From contig NKJD01000013.1 in assembly GCA_002256385.1 (NCBI GenBank), positions 5,021 through 69,020 of the forward strand: DNA of 64,000 nt, in the 5' to 3' direction. Each line of letters starts with the position of its first letter. Within the stretch, counting starts at the first letter, position 1. The notes under the pieces were generated by a model that saw nothing but the letters and a program-made list of their open reading frames with translations, ran no database searches and was not told where the DNA came from. Positions 9,830 through 20,460 of this stretch are shown one piece after another. The stretch is from Flavobacterium sp. BFFFF2 (GTDB lineage: Bacteria; Bacteroidota; Bacteroidia; Flavobacteriales; Flavobacteriaceae). The position numbers and the translations under genes are program-made.

Positions 9830-9894
9830 TTAATAAAAATTAAATCACTTCTAAGTTAAATGGCGATTAAAAAAGCCATTCCAGCATCAGCATG

Positions 9895-11097
9895 CTAAGG
9901 CAAATGAGCCAGCTCAGTGTTTTGAGTACAAATAAGATCATGGGTTGTGTGTTTAAAAGGGTTACGTGCTTGCCAAATCACTTCGGGTTCCAATCTTTTA
10001 TAAATTATGGGTAGCAACTGATGCACCCACCTATTTTCATGTTTCATAAACGCGGTCATACTAACCGGCTGGGCACCAACTGAGCTTTTAATTTCAAGCG
10101 CAGTGCGGGCAAATACCAATGACTTGAATCCTTTTTTTATAGAATAAGCCACCATGTCATACAGCATGTTAAGGTACAACATTTTTTCCTTCTGAATCAA
10201 ATCAAAATACCCTAAAAAATAAGTGTCCATCACGCTGCCATTTTTTATCAGCGTATTAAATCCAACCAACTGGTTTTCTTGAAAATAACCATATACCAAA
10301 AACTGATCGGCTAGTATTTTTTTCATCTGATAAAAATGGCCTTTTTGCAAATAAAACGTATTGAAAAGGGCATTGTTGGCCACGTGCAGATACAAATCGT
10401 GTAGGGTGTCTTCCCAGTTTAACAGTTCCTCCAAAGATAATTGTCTTTTGACCAAATCACTTCCCTTTTTTCGGGCCCTCTTAAATTGGTCGCGGTATTT
10501 TTTGGTCAAGGCATCCACATAATTTGCGTCCGTTTCCCATGCTGTAGGAATGTCAAAAACCATGCTGGGCTGCGCTTCAAACCGATAATGATCGGTAAAA
10601 TGGAGTGCCAATTCTTCTAACAAGTCGCTTTGTGGAAAATCTTTATAAACGGTTAAATGGATTTTGACCCCTTCCGATTTTAACTGCCTTTGAATCTGTA
10701 ACGCCGCCTTTTTTAGAAGGGCTGGAATGATTGAAGTGGGCACTTCTGGCAAAAAAGCACAAGCATTTTGACCAGTAAGCATGTTGTTGCCAATGAACAA
10801 TACGTGAGAAGCGTAATTTTTGAGGGCAAATTTCCGTAGACGGGTTTTAAAGCAATGTCTTCTCGCACCATAATGGTGCATGCCCGACAAATCAATAAAC
10901 TGACTGACCAAAATGCCTGCTAATTTATTTTCATGCCAAACACTGGCAAAAAAACAACTCATGTTGTTGGCGGGCGTTTCATTTAAAACTTGGCAGTAAG
11001 CGCGGCCTAAAAACAAATTGTCCTGAGCCAATTGGTCCCAGTCGGGAGGCAACTGGTCTGCATGCAATAGTATTTCGTATGAATCGGCTGTGCTCAT
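9895..11097 (-). CDS. GNAT-fold / FemAB-like conserved Bacteroidota protein
   Basis: 400-aa ORF with 'LVGFNTLI', 'TYFLG', 'YLNMLYDMV', 'FARTALEIKSSVGA' resembling GNAT-domain proteins. Start ATG 11097 is supported by a TACCTTTG box at 11113-11120 (minus strand). Confidence 0.65.
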   Translation of the reverse strand: MSTADSYEILLHADQLPPDWDQLAQDNLFLGRAYCQVLNETPANNMSCFFASVWHENKLAGILVSQFIDLSGMHHYGARRHCFKTRLRKFALKNYASHVLFIGNNMLTGQNACAFLPEVPTSIIPALLKKAALQIQRQLKSEGVKIHLTVYKDFPQSDLLEELALHFTDHYRFEAQPSMVFDIPTAWETDANYVDALTKKYRDQFKRARKKGSDLVKRQLSLEELLNWEDTLHDLYLHVANNALFNTFYLQKGHFYQMKKILADQFLVYGYFQENQLVGFNTLIKNGSVMDTYFLGYFDLIQKEKMLYLNMLYDMVAYSIKKGFKSLVFARTALEIKSSVGAQPVSMTAFMKHENRWVHQLLPIIYKRLEPEVIWQARNPFKHTTHDLICTQNTELAHLP

Positions 11098-11169
11098 AAA
11101 AAAAAGTCCCACCAAAGGTAGGACGTATGATATTTAAATTGGTGTTAAATTATGCGCTATTTATTTCGT

Positions 11170-11652
11170 TCATTCCATGGCGCACAAAATGCCCCCCATA
11201 ATGGTAAAACAGACCGTCCAAAACCCGCCAGAAACCAGCGCGTATTTGAAACTTCTGCGCTCATACATGGCGTTGGTTGCGGTTACTGGAATCATCATAA
11301 ATAGACCTGTCATGAAACCATGCAGTGCCCCGTGTTTAAATGTCCGAAAGGCATGTTCGTAATCGGCCATAAACGCAAAAAATGACGGGTTGGCTAATTC
11401 TGGTTTTCCGCCGATCATACCATAAGCGCCAAATTGGTGAATGGTTAAAAATTGAATGATAAATGAAATGAAAAATGCATAAATAAGAGATAAACCGAAC
11501 ATTTTTATCATGTTGGTGTCTTTCATTTGCGCTTCTGTAAGTCCTGCTTCTTTCATCCAAATGCTGCCAAAAACTTTCGGATGATACCAAACAAAACCTA
11601 CTGCCAAGGTAGAAAGGGCAGCTAGGCCCATGGCTAAAAAATTAAAGTTCAT
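11170..11652 (-). CDS. DUF1761 family membrane protein
   Basis: 'VGFVWYHPKVFGSIWMKEAGL', four hydrophobic helices and 'TFKHGALHG'. TATATTTG box at 11699-11706 (minus strand). Confidence 0.85.
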   Translation of the reverse strand: MNFNFLAMGLAALSTLAVGFVWYHPKVFGSIWMKEAGLTEAQMKDTNMIKMFGLSLIYAFFISFIIQFLTIHQFGAYGMIGGKPELANPSFFAFMADYEHAFRTFKHGALHGFMTGLFMMIPVTATNAMYERRSFKYALVSGGFWTVCFTIMGGILCAME

Positions 11653-11944
11653 AATGTGTATGTTTAAAATGAAAAAAGTTTAAATCACTTCGAAAGATCA
11701 AATATACATTTTTCTGCATTTACTCATTTTAATCAACTATTAATTTTTGAATTAAAATGCATTTAATTGGAAGCCGTTCTTATACTTTATTGGTATATTT
11801 ATTTACATTAATTGAAAATTATTTGCTTTTGTGTGTATAAATGGGCTTTTCCATGATGGGTATAGCTGGCCATATAAGTGCTATATTTAACAATTGCACC
11901 ATGCAAAAATGTGCGGCAGCATTAGTAAATATCATAAAATTAAT

Positions 11945-11952
11945 TACTTTTG
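11945..11952 (+). promoter_or_regulatory. -7 promoter element for adhesin-sprF operon
   Basis: TACTTTTG about 108 nt upstream of ATG 12061. Confidence 0.55.
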
Positions 11953-12060
11953 TGGGCTGCATACCAACTCAAAAAGACTGTAACTTTCTGAATGACAAGC
12001 TTTTTGAGTGTGTTTGTGCAAAAAATGCTATTGAAACGATCATTACCTAGTATTTAAATT

Positions 12061-15000
12061 ATGAGAAATCCTTTAAAAATTGTTTTTGTACTTGCTGCCA
12101 TGATATATGGCCTTCAAGCGTTTGCAATTGACCCCGTTAACCGAGCGGTCAATATGGACAACAAAAAAGCAATGTTTGACCCAGCAACCATTTCCATTAA
12201 CGCCACGCGGTTTTGCGAAAATGGACCTTCCCCTCAAATTACCTTTCAGGGCTTTTTAGGGTCAACGGCTGCTCCTTACACCTTTACGTATTATGTAACA
12301 GGGCCAACTGGAACTTCTGCAAATTTTCAGGCTTTTGATTCGGGTCTGGGTGACACTGTTCTTTTTGGTGCATTTCCAACCAATGTGCCTGGTGCGTACA
12401 CTGTTACTTTGGTTAGTGTACAGGGACAAAATACTGTGGACACACCTGCAACTGGTTCTGTCTCGTTTACCATTGAAACACCAGAAGTTATCAACTTCAA
12501 TTACACCAACAATGTATGCGGTGCCACTGGTGTTGATTTGGCGGCGACAGGTCTAGGTACTGACAGCTACACTTATTCTTGGAGTTTTGGTGATGGTTTG
12601 ACCTCTACTGCGGGGCCATCATTGAACCATCCCTATATAGGTGTTTCTAATGTAGGTGATGGCACCACCAATTACCCCATAAACCTTACAGTGACCAACG
12701 TCGACAATGGATGTGTGTCAATTTCACCGGTGAATACAGTCACTATTAAGCAAAATCCGGATACAACTGTTAACGGAAGTTTTACGGGATGTTCTGGGGT
12801 TATTTCTACTCAATTTACCTTCACTAATGGGTCAGTAGGTTCAACAAATACCTCGTATCAATTTACCTATGACAATGGTGTTCCGACTTTTTCACTACCG
12901 ACGTGGTCAATTCTAACGCCAACTTACACAGCTGGTTCTCATAACTTTGTGTATCAAGTTACGGGCACAAATGGGTGTATTGATTCAAAAACCTATAATG
13001 TATTTGTGGGGTCTGCACCAACTGTTGCCATTTCTTTAACCAATGCAGCTCAAGGTTGTGCACCAATTACAGCATCTGTAAACATTTCAAACATTTCAAA
13101 TAATACGCCAGGAACTAATTACATTATTGATTGGGGGATATCTGGTTCTGTGGGTAATTTAGAATATTATACGCAAGCAACCATACCATCTACTTTGACA
13201 CATGTGTACAATGATACTTCCTGTGGGCGTGTTTTCAGTCTTGGAAATGACATTAGCCTTCAAGATGCCATTGGTGTAACTATTAAAGCCATCAATCAAT
13301 GTTCATTAGATGTAAATAATGGAACGCCATCTATTGCTGGACCTATTTATGTGTCTACTCCTCCTGTTGCGAATTTTAATTTACCTGGTATTTTAGATCC
13401 GCTGGTAACTACTGTATCAACATGCGTGAATAGCCCAGTAATCTTACCAAATACAACAACTGGTGCTGCGCAAGTAATTCCTGGGAGCGGCTGTCAATTA
13501 GATCCTAAAAGAGTTTGGGTTATTTCGCCCTATTCACCTACTTTAGTTACTGGAGTAACATCAGCACAATTAGGTGCTCTTTTTAGAGATCCAATAACAA
13601 ATGCAATCTTACCATCAGCAAACTGGACTAATGGATTTAATACAATAACTCCCTCTTTTACACAGGCAGGTACATATACAGTCACTTTGTATGTAGGGAA
13701 CGATTGTGGTTTTACCTCCATTACCAAAACGGTATGTGTCATGAGTGTGCCTACCGTGGCCTTTACCACCAACCAAATTACCGGTTGTGTGCCTTTACAA
13801 GTATCGGCAACTAATACCTCGTCGGTGGCCTCAGCTTGCCCATCGGGCGTTAGTTATGCTTGGGATGTGGCATTTACCCCCAACAATTATTGTGGTATAA
13901 ACGCAAGTTCAGCTTACATCAACGGTACTTCAAGTAATACGCAAACAGGTGTTGATGTTAATTTTGCACTTCCAGGTACATATACCCTTAAAATGACGGC
14001 TACTAGTGTTTGCAGTACGAGTCCCAATCAGGTGGCAACACAACAAATTATTGTAAAAACCAAACCAGATATACGTATTACGAATATCCCAACGGTTTGT
14101 CAAAATGGACTTGATACCACTTTTACGCCAGTGGCAGCAGTTACCAATTGCGGTACCCAGGCACTCGCATACAGTTGGTCATTTCCGGGGGCAGTATCAC
14201 CTTTAACTTCCACTTCTTTAAATCCAGGTCTTATCCATTATGGAATTGCTACAGGGCCGCAAGTGGTCAATTTATCGGCTAGTAATGAATGTGGTTTGTC
14301 AACAACATCAAGTAATACATTTAAAATTAACCCAACCCCAAAGGTTGAAACCATCAATGGAAATGCTACTTTTACTCAAATTACTTTTTGTGCAGGGTCA
14401 TCCAGTACCCAAATTGATTTTACTTCTAATATAAATGGTGTAACGTTTAACTGGGTAAACGGAAATACTACTTTTGAAACAGGTTTACCTGCTATTGGTA
14501 TGGGACCCATACCTGCTTTTGCAGTGACCTATACAGGTGCCACTGTACTTACTTTGCCCATTACCGTTACAGCAGTAGATGCCGAAGGTTGTCCAGGTAC
14601 ACCACGAACATTTAATATTATCATTAACCCGAAACCTATTTTTAGCGGGTTGCCAACAGGTGCTTCACTATGTGATGGTGGAAACAGAGCTGCATTTGAC
14701 ATGTCCAATTATTCCAATATCATTTCAAATGTGAATTTTTCTTGGAGCACCAACATTACAAGTGCTGCAAGTGGTGTTACTGGTTTTGGTATGCAAATGA
14801 GTGGAACGGGTGCTATCATACCTTCTTTTACAGGTGCTAATGCTACTACCCAACAAATTATTGCTGACATTACAATATCAGCCGTTTACGCTGGGTGTAC
14901 CACTGGACCTACATCTATAATACCTATTCGGGTACTTCCACGTCCAGTAATGCAGCCGACATTGCCTTTGGTATACTGTAGAGGTGATGTGGTCGCTACT

Positions 15001-18000
15001 ATTCCATTGGTTGCCAATCCAGTAACTACCTGGACATGGAACACCACGCCTTCTGGGGTTAACATAGGCATGGCAGCTGGTTCGGCCACTGATACCAACG
15101 TGTTCTCAATTCCAAGTTTTACATCAAGTGCTGTTGGTGTTGTGGTGGTTTCGGCAACTGCTAGTTATTTTGGATGTCCGGCCCTTACGCCTATAACGTT
15201 CTCTATTACAGTCAATGATATTCCAGACGTGATCACTACCTCTATTCCTGATCAGCAAGTGTGTTCTACTGCCCAAACTAGCATTGTTTCATTGTCAACT
15301 AACGTAGCAGGTTCAACCTTTGTTTGGTCTGCAGTTCAAGACACAGGTATTACAGGTGCCACTTTAAATGGAACTACGCAGACTTTGCCAGGTGATTTTG
15401 TAACCAATTCGACTTACGATCCATTAAATATTGTTTATACTATAAACGCTACTAGTCCATTAGGTTGTCCTGGTAATAATCCTTTAACTTACACTACGAC
15501 GGTTAAGCCGATACCAGTAGTATTGACAGATTTTACCACAGGCAGCATTTGTAGTGGTTCTGATTATTTTGTTTCACCATCTGACATTAGCAATGGGAAT
15601 CGAATACCTGCGGGTACTGTCTTTGCTTGGACAACGCCCACTGTGACTCCTACGGGAAGTGTTACGGGTTACACAAACAATAATGGGGGTACTAACCTTT
15701 CTCAGAATCTTACCAATTTAACAGATTTATCTGCGACTGTAGCTTATACGATCACCCCAAGATTAAATGGTTGTCCGGGCGTTGCATTTCCAGCACAAGT
15801 TGTTGTTTATCCAAAACCACGCCTGGTTTTCTCTGATAGTGATATGACACAAACTATCTGTACAAACACTGCTTCCACAGCGGTAAACATTACTTCACCC
15901 ACGCAGGGTACTGCCCAAATTAATTGGACATTAGTGCATGATGGAACAAATGCAGCAGATGTTAGTTTGTTAAGCGGTAGTGCAATACCTGCCAACGGTT
16001 CTGGTGATATCCCATCTTTGATTTTCGTTAATAACACTACTACCACTCGTACTTTAACATTTACGATTAATGCTTCCGTCGATAATGGCAATAACAGAAT
16101 TTGTAATAGTGTAACTTACACCTACACCGTTTTATTAACGCCAGTTATTACTTTGTCTTATGTGAAATCTACTTATCCGGGGAATTATAACATTACACCC
16201 TACGAGGGCGTAAATGGAGCTATTAACCTCATTGTGAGTGGAGGTTCAGGTAGTTATAATTATGTTTGGACTTCAACAGCTGCAGGTTTTTCTGGAGCTA
16301 CCACCCAAGATTTGAATTATATCAACAACATTATTTTTACTCAAATTCAAAATGTACCTGCAGGTAGTTATACCGTTGCAGTAACGGATGCTAACAATAC
16401 TGGTTGTGCTGCTATCACTGAAGGTAATATCATTATGACGCAGCCATTACCATTCCTTGTTCAGCTTGGAACGGTTACTGATGCAGATTGTAATGGCGCA
16501 AATACAGGTTGTGTTCGAATAAACATCACCTCAGCGTCTTTTGGACCTTATACTTATAAATGTTACACTTCTGGTACAACTACGTTAATTTCGCAAAGTT
16601 CAAATGTTGACAACACTGGTTTTAATCTTTGTAATTTACGTGCAGGTACTTATGATATTGTAGCATCTGACTTTTTTGGAGTTGAAAGAACAATCACCGC
16701 AGTAATTGTAAACGAGCCAAGTGCTATTGTAGTAACTAAAGTAACAACAGATGTTTCTTGTTTTTCTGGGTCAGACGGTTCTATTACTTTAAGTGCATCT
16801 GGAGGAACAGGATCACTTACTTACAGCTGGACACCTAGTGGTGTTAGTGCCAATAACCTAGCCACAAGCTTAGCTGCGGGTAATTATACTTGTGTGGTAA
16901 AAGATTCTAACAATTGCGCCAAATCAACTGGGGTTATAAACATTGCACAACCAAACCCTATTACTATTACAACCACCAATGTAACCAATGCTTTGTGTAA
17001 TGGTGCTGCTTCTGGAAGTGCTACTGTGAATGCAACTGGGGGTACAGGTACTCTTACCTATACTTGGCAAGTTGGTGCAGGTGTGAATGGAGCTACGCTC
17101 TCAAATGTGGGCGCTTCCATTTATACAGTTGATGTTAAAGACGTGAACAATTGTACCAAATCTCAAACAGTAACTATTGGTGAACCTACTCCATTGGTAG
17201 TTTCTGCCACTGCAACGCCACTTAATTGTTATGGTGATTCAAATGCGGTAGCAACTGCTGTTGTGTCTGGTGGTACAGTTCCTTACTCTTATGTTTGGTC
17301 AAATACAGGGGGTAATATTGGTCAAAACACGGCTGTGGCTACTGCTTTATTAGCTGGTACTTATACAGTAACCGTGAAAGACCGAAATAACTGTTCTCCA
17401 GCAACCAATCCGACGGTAACCATTACCCAACCAACTCAATTGATTTTTGCTATTGGCGCTTCACCAGCTATTAGTTGTAACGCTGGTTTTACTGATGTCC
17501 CAGTAAGCATCACGCAATCTACAGTAAATGATTATAAGTATCGTTTATTAGGAACCAATGCCAATACGAGTGCTACAGTTGACATGAGTCAAACCCAGCC
17601 TAATTTAAATTATGATTTTCAAAATGTGCCAGCAGGTAGCTACACAATTTCAGTTACTGATAGCTTAGGATGTTCTGGTTTTACATCAAATCCGCAACCC
17701 ATCGTAATTGGGCAACCAGCTCCAATTGTAGTAACGGCTACTAAAACAAATGTTGTTTGTACAGGGAATAACAATGCTTCTATAGTGCTTAACATTACAG
17801 GGGGTACTGCTTATGCTTTACCTGCACCTGCCTATCAAGCAAATTGGTGGAAAACAGCTGTTTTACCAGCAAACATGATTACATCTGGTTTAACTCAAGC
17901 AAATTTAGCACCAGACACTTATTTTTATCAAGTGACTGATGCAAATGGATGTTTTCATGATGTGAATCCTACATCCATCGTGATAGCTAATCCGGCAGTA

Positions 18001-19305
18001 TTTACCATTGATCCTGTGGTAACTCAAATTTCTTGTAATGGAGATACTAATGGTTCAATTGCATTAAATGTGGCAGGTGGATTGTTTCCTTACACTGTTA
18101 AATGGGATGGTGTTGCAACAAGCTCAACAGCAGACAGAACCCTTCTAGCTCCTGGTACTTATTGTTTTGAAGTATTAGATGATAGAGGTTGTCATGCAAC
18201 TTTCTTAAACACTACCAATCTTTCAGCAGTTGAATGTCGGACCATTGTAACCCCACAGCCATTATCACTTTCTGCGGTCGTTACCAATGCATTAAATTGT
18301 ACCAATCCAAATTCAGGCGCTATTGATTTAATTGTTGGAGGTGGAACATTGCCAATTGCTCAATTTATATGGACAAATGGTGCTTCAACGGAAGATATTA
18401 CAAATATTGGTGCAGGGACTTATAATGTTACTGTATATGATAACCGAGGATGTACTAAGAACCAAACGTTTGTGGTGACCCGCCCTGATCCGATTGTATT
18501 GGATATACAACAGAGCTTAAATGTTGATTGCGCTAATGCTAACGTAATTCAGAAATTTATTGCTTTAGCTACTGGCGGTTTAACTCCATATAATTTTACT
18601 TGGTCTAATGGCTTGGATCCAAATGTAATGGTGAGTCCCGATGGCCGTGAAATGACCACCCAGACGAGTGGTACTGTTCAGCTAACTGTAACCGATGCGG
18701 CGAACTGTTCCACACAGTTTACATATAATGTATTTGTACCAGTTTTACGTGATCCTTCTGGAGCTATTATAGAACCTGCGCATACGTCTACTTCTTATGC
18801 ATCATCTACTTATGGTACTTATTCTATTCAAGATCCGATTCAGTTTACCAATACAACCATAGGGTCGTACTTGTCGGTTTCATGGGATTTTGGCGATGGA
18901 GGTGCTTCAACAGATGAAAATCCAATACATACATACACTCGCGAAGGTGTTTATACAGTAACTCAAACTATTTATTATCCTATGGGTTGCCAACGGACTA
19001 AAGCATTTACTTATGTGATTGGAGCTGGTTACCAGTTGTTGGTTCCTACAGCGTTTACGCCTAATCAGGATGGTGTTAATGAGTATTTTGCACCAGTTGG
19101 CGTTGGTGTGGTGAGCTTGAAACTTGAGGTATATAACTCATGGGGTAATATGATTTATCAAGAAGAAGGAATTACATTAACTGGATGGAATGGTAAAATC
19201 GACGATAAGATTGTTCAAAATGGAAATTATCATTTTAAAGTGTCAGCTGTAACTTTCTATGGTCAAACTATTAATCAAGACGGATCTTTTGCTATCATTA
19301 AATAA
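12061..19305 (+). CDS. T9SS type-B CTD large adhesin (PKD, Ig-like and SprB repeats; gliding motility-associated C-terminal domain)
   Basis: Signal peptide; PKD motifs (YSWSFGDG, WDFGDG...ENPIHTY); Cys/Thr-rich SprB-type repeats (VSCFSGSDGSITLSASGGTGSLTYSW...LAAGNYTCVVKDSNNC); C-terminal 'VPTAFTPNQDGVNEYF...VYNSWGNMIY...WNG...GNYHFKV'. Confidence 0.92.
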   Translation: MRNPLKIVFVLAAMIYGLQAFAIDPVNRAVNMDNKKAMFDPATISINATRFCENGPSPQITFQGFLGSTAAPYTFTYYVTGPTGTSANFQAFDSGLGDTVLFGAFPTNVPGAYTVTLVSVQGQNTVDTPATGSVSFTIETPEVINFNYTNNVCGATGVDLAATGLGTDSYTYSWSFGDGLTSTAGPSLNHPYIGVSNVGDGTTNYPINLTVTNVDNGCVSISPVNTVTIKQNPDTTVNGSFTGCSGVISTQFTFTNGSVGSTNTSYQFTYDNGVPTFSLPTWSILTPTYTAGSHNFVYQVTGTNGCIDSKTYNVFVGSAPTVAISLTNAAQGCAPITASVNISNISNNTPGTNYIIDWGISGSVGNLEYYTQATIPSTLTHVYNDTSCGRVFSLGNDISLQDAIGVTIKAINQCSLDVNNGTPSIAGPIYVSTPPVANFNLPGILDPLVTTVSTCVNSPVILPNTTTGAAQVIPGSGCQLDPKRVWVISPYSPTLVTGVTSAQLGALFRDPITNAILPSANWTNGFNTITPSFTQAGTYTVTLYVGNDCGFTSITKTVCVMSVPTVAFTTNQITGCVPLQVSATNTSSVASACPSGVSYAWDVAFTPNNYCGINASSAYINGTSSNTQTGVDVNFALPGTYTLKMTATSVCSTSPNQVATQQIIVKTKPDIRITNIPTVCQNGLDTTFTPVAAVTNCGTQALAYSWSFPGAVSPLTSTSLNPGLIHYGIATGPQVVNLSASNECGLSTTSSNTFKINPTPKVETINGNATFTQITFCAGSSSTQIDFTSNINGVTFNWVNGNTTFETGLPAIGMGPIPAFAVTYTGATVLTLPITVTAVDAEGCPGTPRTFNIIINPKPIFSGLPTGASLCDGGNRAAFDMSNYSNIISNVNFSWSTNITSAASGVTGFGMQMSGTGAIIPSFTGANATTQQIIADITISAVYAGCTTGPTSIIPIRVLPRPVMQPTLPLVYCRGDVVATIPLVANPVTTWTWNTTPSGVNIGMAAGSATDTNVFSIPSFTSSAVGVVVVSATASYFGCPALTPITFSITVNDIPDVITTSIPDQQVCSTAQTSIVSLSTNVAGSTFVWSAVQDTGITGATLNGTTQTLPGDFVTNSTYDPLNIVYTINATSPLGCPGNNPLTYTTTVKPIPVVLTDFTTGSICSGSDYFVSPSDISNGNRIPAGTVFAWTTPTVTPTGSVTGYTNNNGGTNLSQNLTNLTDLSATVAYTITPRLNGCPGVAFPAQVVVYPKPRLVFSDSDMTQTICTNTASTAVNITSPTQGTAQINWTLVHDGTNAADVSLLSGSAIPANGSGDIPSLIFVNNTTTTRTLTFTINASVDNGNNRICNSVTYTYTVLLTPVITLSYVKSTYPGNYNITPYEGVNGAINLIVSGGSGSYNYVWTSTAAGFSGATTQDLNYINNIIFTQIQNVPAGSYTVAVTDANNTGCAAITEGNIIMTQPLPFLVQLGTVTDADCNGANTGCVRINITSASFGPYTYKCYTSGTTTLISQSSNVDNTGFNLCNLRAGTYDIVASDFFGVERTITAVIVNEPSAIVVTKVTTDVSCFSGSDGSITLSASGGTGSLTYSWTPSGVSANNLATSLAAGNYTCVVKDSNNCAKSTGVINIAQPNPITITTTNVTNALCNGAASGSATVNATGGTGTLTYTWQVGAGVNGATLSNVGASIYTVDVKDVNNCTKSQTVTIGEPTPLVVSATATPLNCYGDSNAVATAVVSGGTVPYSYVWSNTGGNIGQNTAVATALLAGTYTVTVKDRNNCSPATNPTVTITQPTQLIFAIGASPAISCNAGFTDVPVSITQSTVNDYKYRLLGTNANTSATVDMSQTQPNLNYDFQNVPAGSYTISVTDSLGCSGFTSNPQPIVIGQPAPIVVTATKTNVVCTGNNNASIVLNITGGTAYALPAPAYQANWWKTAVLPANMITSGLTQANLAPDTYFYQVTDANGCFHDVNPTSIVIANPAVFTIDPVVTQISCNGDTNGSIALNVAGGLFPYTVKWDGVATSSTADRTLLAPGTYCFEVLDDRGCHATFLNTTNLSAVECRTIVTPQPLSLSAVVTNALNCTNPNSGAIDLIVGGGTLPIAQFIWTNGASTEDITNIGAGTYNVTVYDNRGCTKNQTFVVTRPDPIVLDIQQSLNVDCANANVIQKFIALATGGLTPYNFTWSNGLDPNVMVSPDGREMTTQTSGTVQLTVTDAANCSTQFTYNVFVPVLRDPSGAIIEPAHTSTSYASSTYGTYSIQDPIQFTNTTIGSYLSVSWDFGDGGASTDENPIHTYTREGVYTVTQTIYYPMGCQRTKAFTYVIGAGYQLLVPTAFTPNQDGVNEYFAPVGVGVVSLKLEVYNSWGNMIYQEEGITLTGWNGKIDDKIVQNGNYHFKVSAVTFYGQTINQDGSFAIIK

Positions 19306-19398
19306 CCAATAACGTATTCGCAAGCTAATAGTTTTTGTACTTACACTCATTATTAGAAGTGATTTATTGCAACCATTAAAAACAATAATTACCACCAT

Positions 19399-20364
19399 AT
19401 GAAAAAAACAATTTATTGTTCTATTTTTTTAGTATTACTTAGTAAACTCGCACTAGCACAAGATCCTGTCTTTACGCAATATTACAATGTTTTACAGTTT
19501 GTAAATCCAGGATTTGCTGGTTACAATGAATCGCTCAATGCAGGTTTGTTGCACAGAACACAGTGGCCTGACATGAATTTACGCGTTGATTCTGATTATG
19601 GTTTTTTTAATACTTGGATCGATGAGATGAATAGTGGTATTGGTGTAAACGTGTTAAGCAATAGGGAACAAACCAATGGGTACAACTTTACCCAAGTTAA
19701 TTTAAATTATGCTTACAAAGTGGCATTAAGTGATAGTTGGATTTTTAGACCAGGTCTAGAAGTAGGTTATGGGAATAAATCGTATGGTTTTGGTAATTTA
19801 TTGCTAGGAGATCAAATTAATGCCTCTACAGGTGCTATAAGTCCAACTTCTGTTGATCCATCTGTATTGCGTTCTAAAGTTGGTTTCTTTGATATGTCTG
19901 CTGGTTTGTTGTTTAACAATGAAACTTCATGGTTTGGATTTTCTGTTAAACATTTGAACAAGCCTAATATTTCATTACTTGAAAATGGTAATGCGCCTCT
20001 AGATATGTTTATGAATGTAACTGTTGGTCATGAGATTCAGAATTTGGAAGAGAAAATTGGGTCACAGATTTTCCCAACAGATACTAAATTATTGCTTACC
20101 GCCAATTTTATGAAACAAGGTGCTTTCAGCAGATTAGATGTAGGTACTATTTTAACTGTAAATAGTTTTTATGTTGGTCCAACATTTTCTCTCAATCCAA
20201 CAAAGAATACACCAGGTGCTAGTACTTTGATATCTGTTAATCCGTCATTTGGATTGTTATATGAGAATTTTAAATTGGGTCTTTCTTATGATTATAATAC
20301 CACACCAATTGGAAAAACAGGCGGTGTTTATGAATTGTCATTAACGTATCATATAGCTGATTAA
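19399..20364 (+). CDS. PorP/SprF family type IX secretion system outer-membrane protein
   Basis: 'AQDPVFTQYY...NPGFAG...HRTQWP', 'LGDQIN', 'KHLNKPNIS', 'GLSYDYN...YELSLTY'. Lies directly downstream of a type-B CTD gene. Confidence 0.92.
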   Translation: MKKTIYCSIFLVLLSKLALAQDPVFTQYYNVLQFVNPGFAGYNESLNAGLLHRTQWPDMNLRVDSDYGFFNTWIDEMNSGIGVNVLSNREQTNGYNFTQVNLNYAYKVALSDSWIFRPGLEVGYGNKSYGFGNLLLGDQINASTGAISPTSVDPSVLRSKVGFFDMSAGLLFNNETSWFGFSVKHLNKPNISLLENGNAPLDMFMNVTVGHEIQNLEEKIGSQIFPTDTKLLLTANFMKQGAFSRLDVGTILTVNSFYVGPTFSLNPTKNTPGASTLISVNPSFGLLYENFKLGLSYDYNTTPIGKTGGVYELSLTYHIAD

Positions 20365-20388
20365 TATTTTGTAGAATCAGATATAATT

Positions 20389-20419
20389 AAAAAAAACCGC
20401 CGATTAGGCGGTTTTTTTT
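20389..20419. terminator. bidirectional intrinsic terminator
   Basis: A8-CCGCC-GATTA-GGCGG-T8 between convergent genes. Confidence 0.85.
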
Positions 20420-20460
20420 ATTGAGTAATGTTGGATCTTTTCACATTCAAGTTTCGTAAT

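Noticed and set aside
11841-12050. 69-aa ORF upstream of the adhesin
   Set aside because: It overlaps the predicted promoter and leader, has no recognisable features, and is probably spurious.
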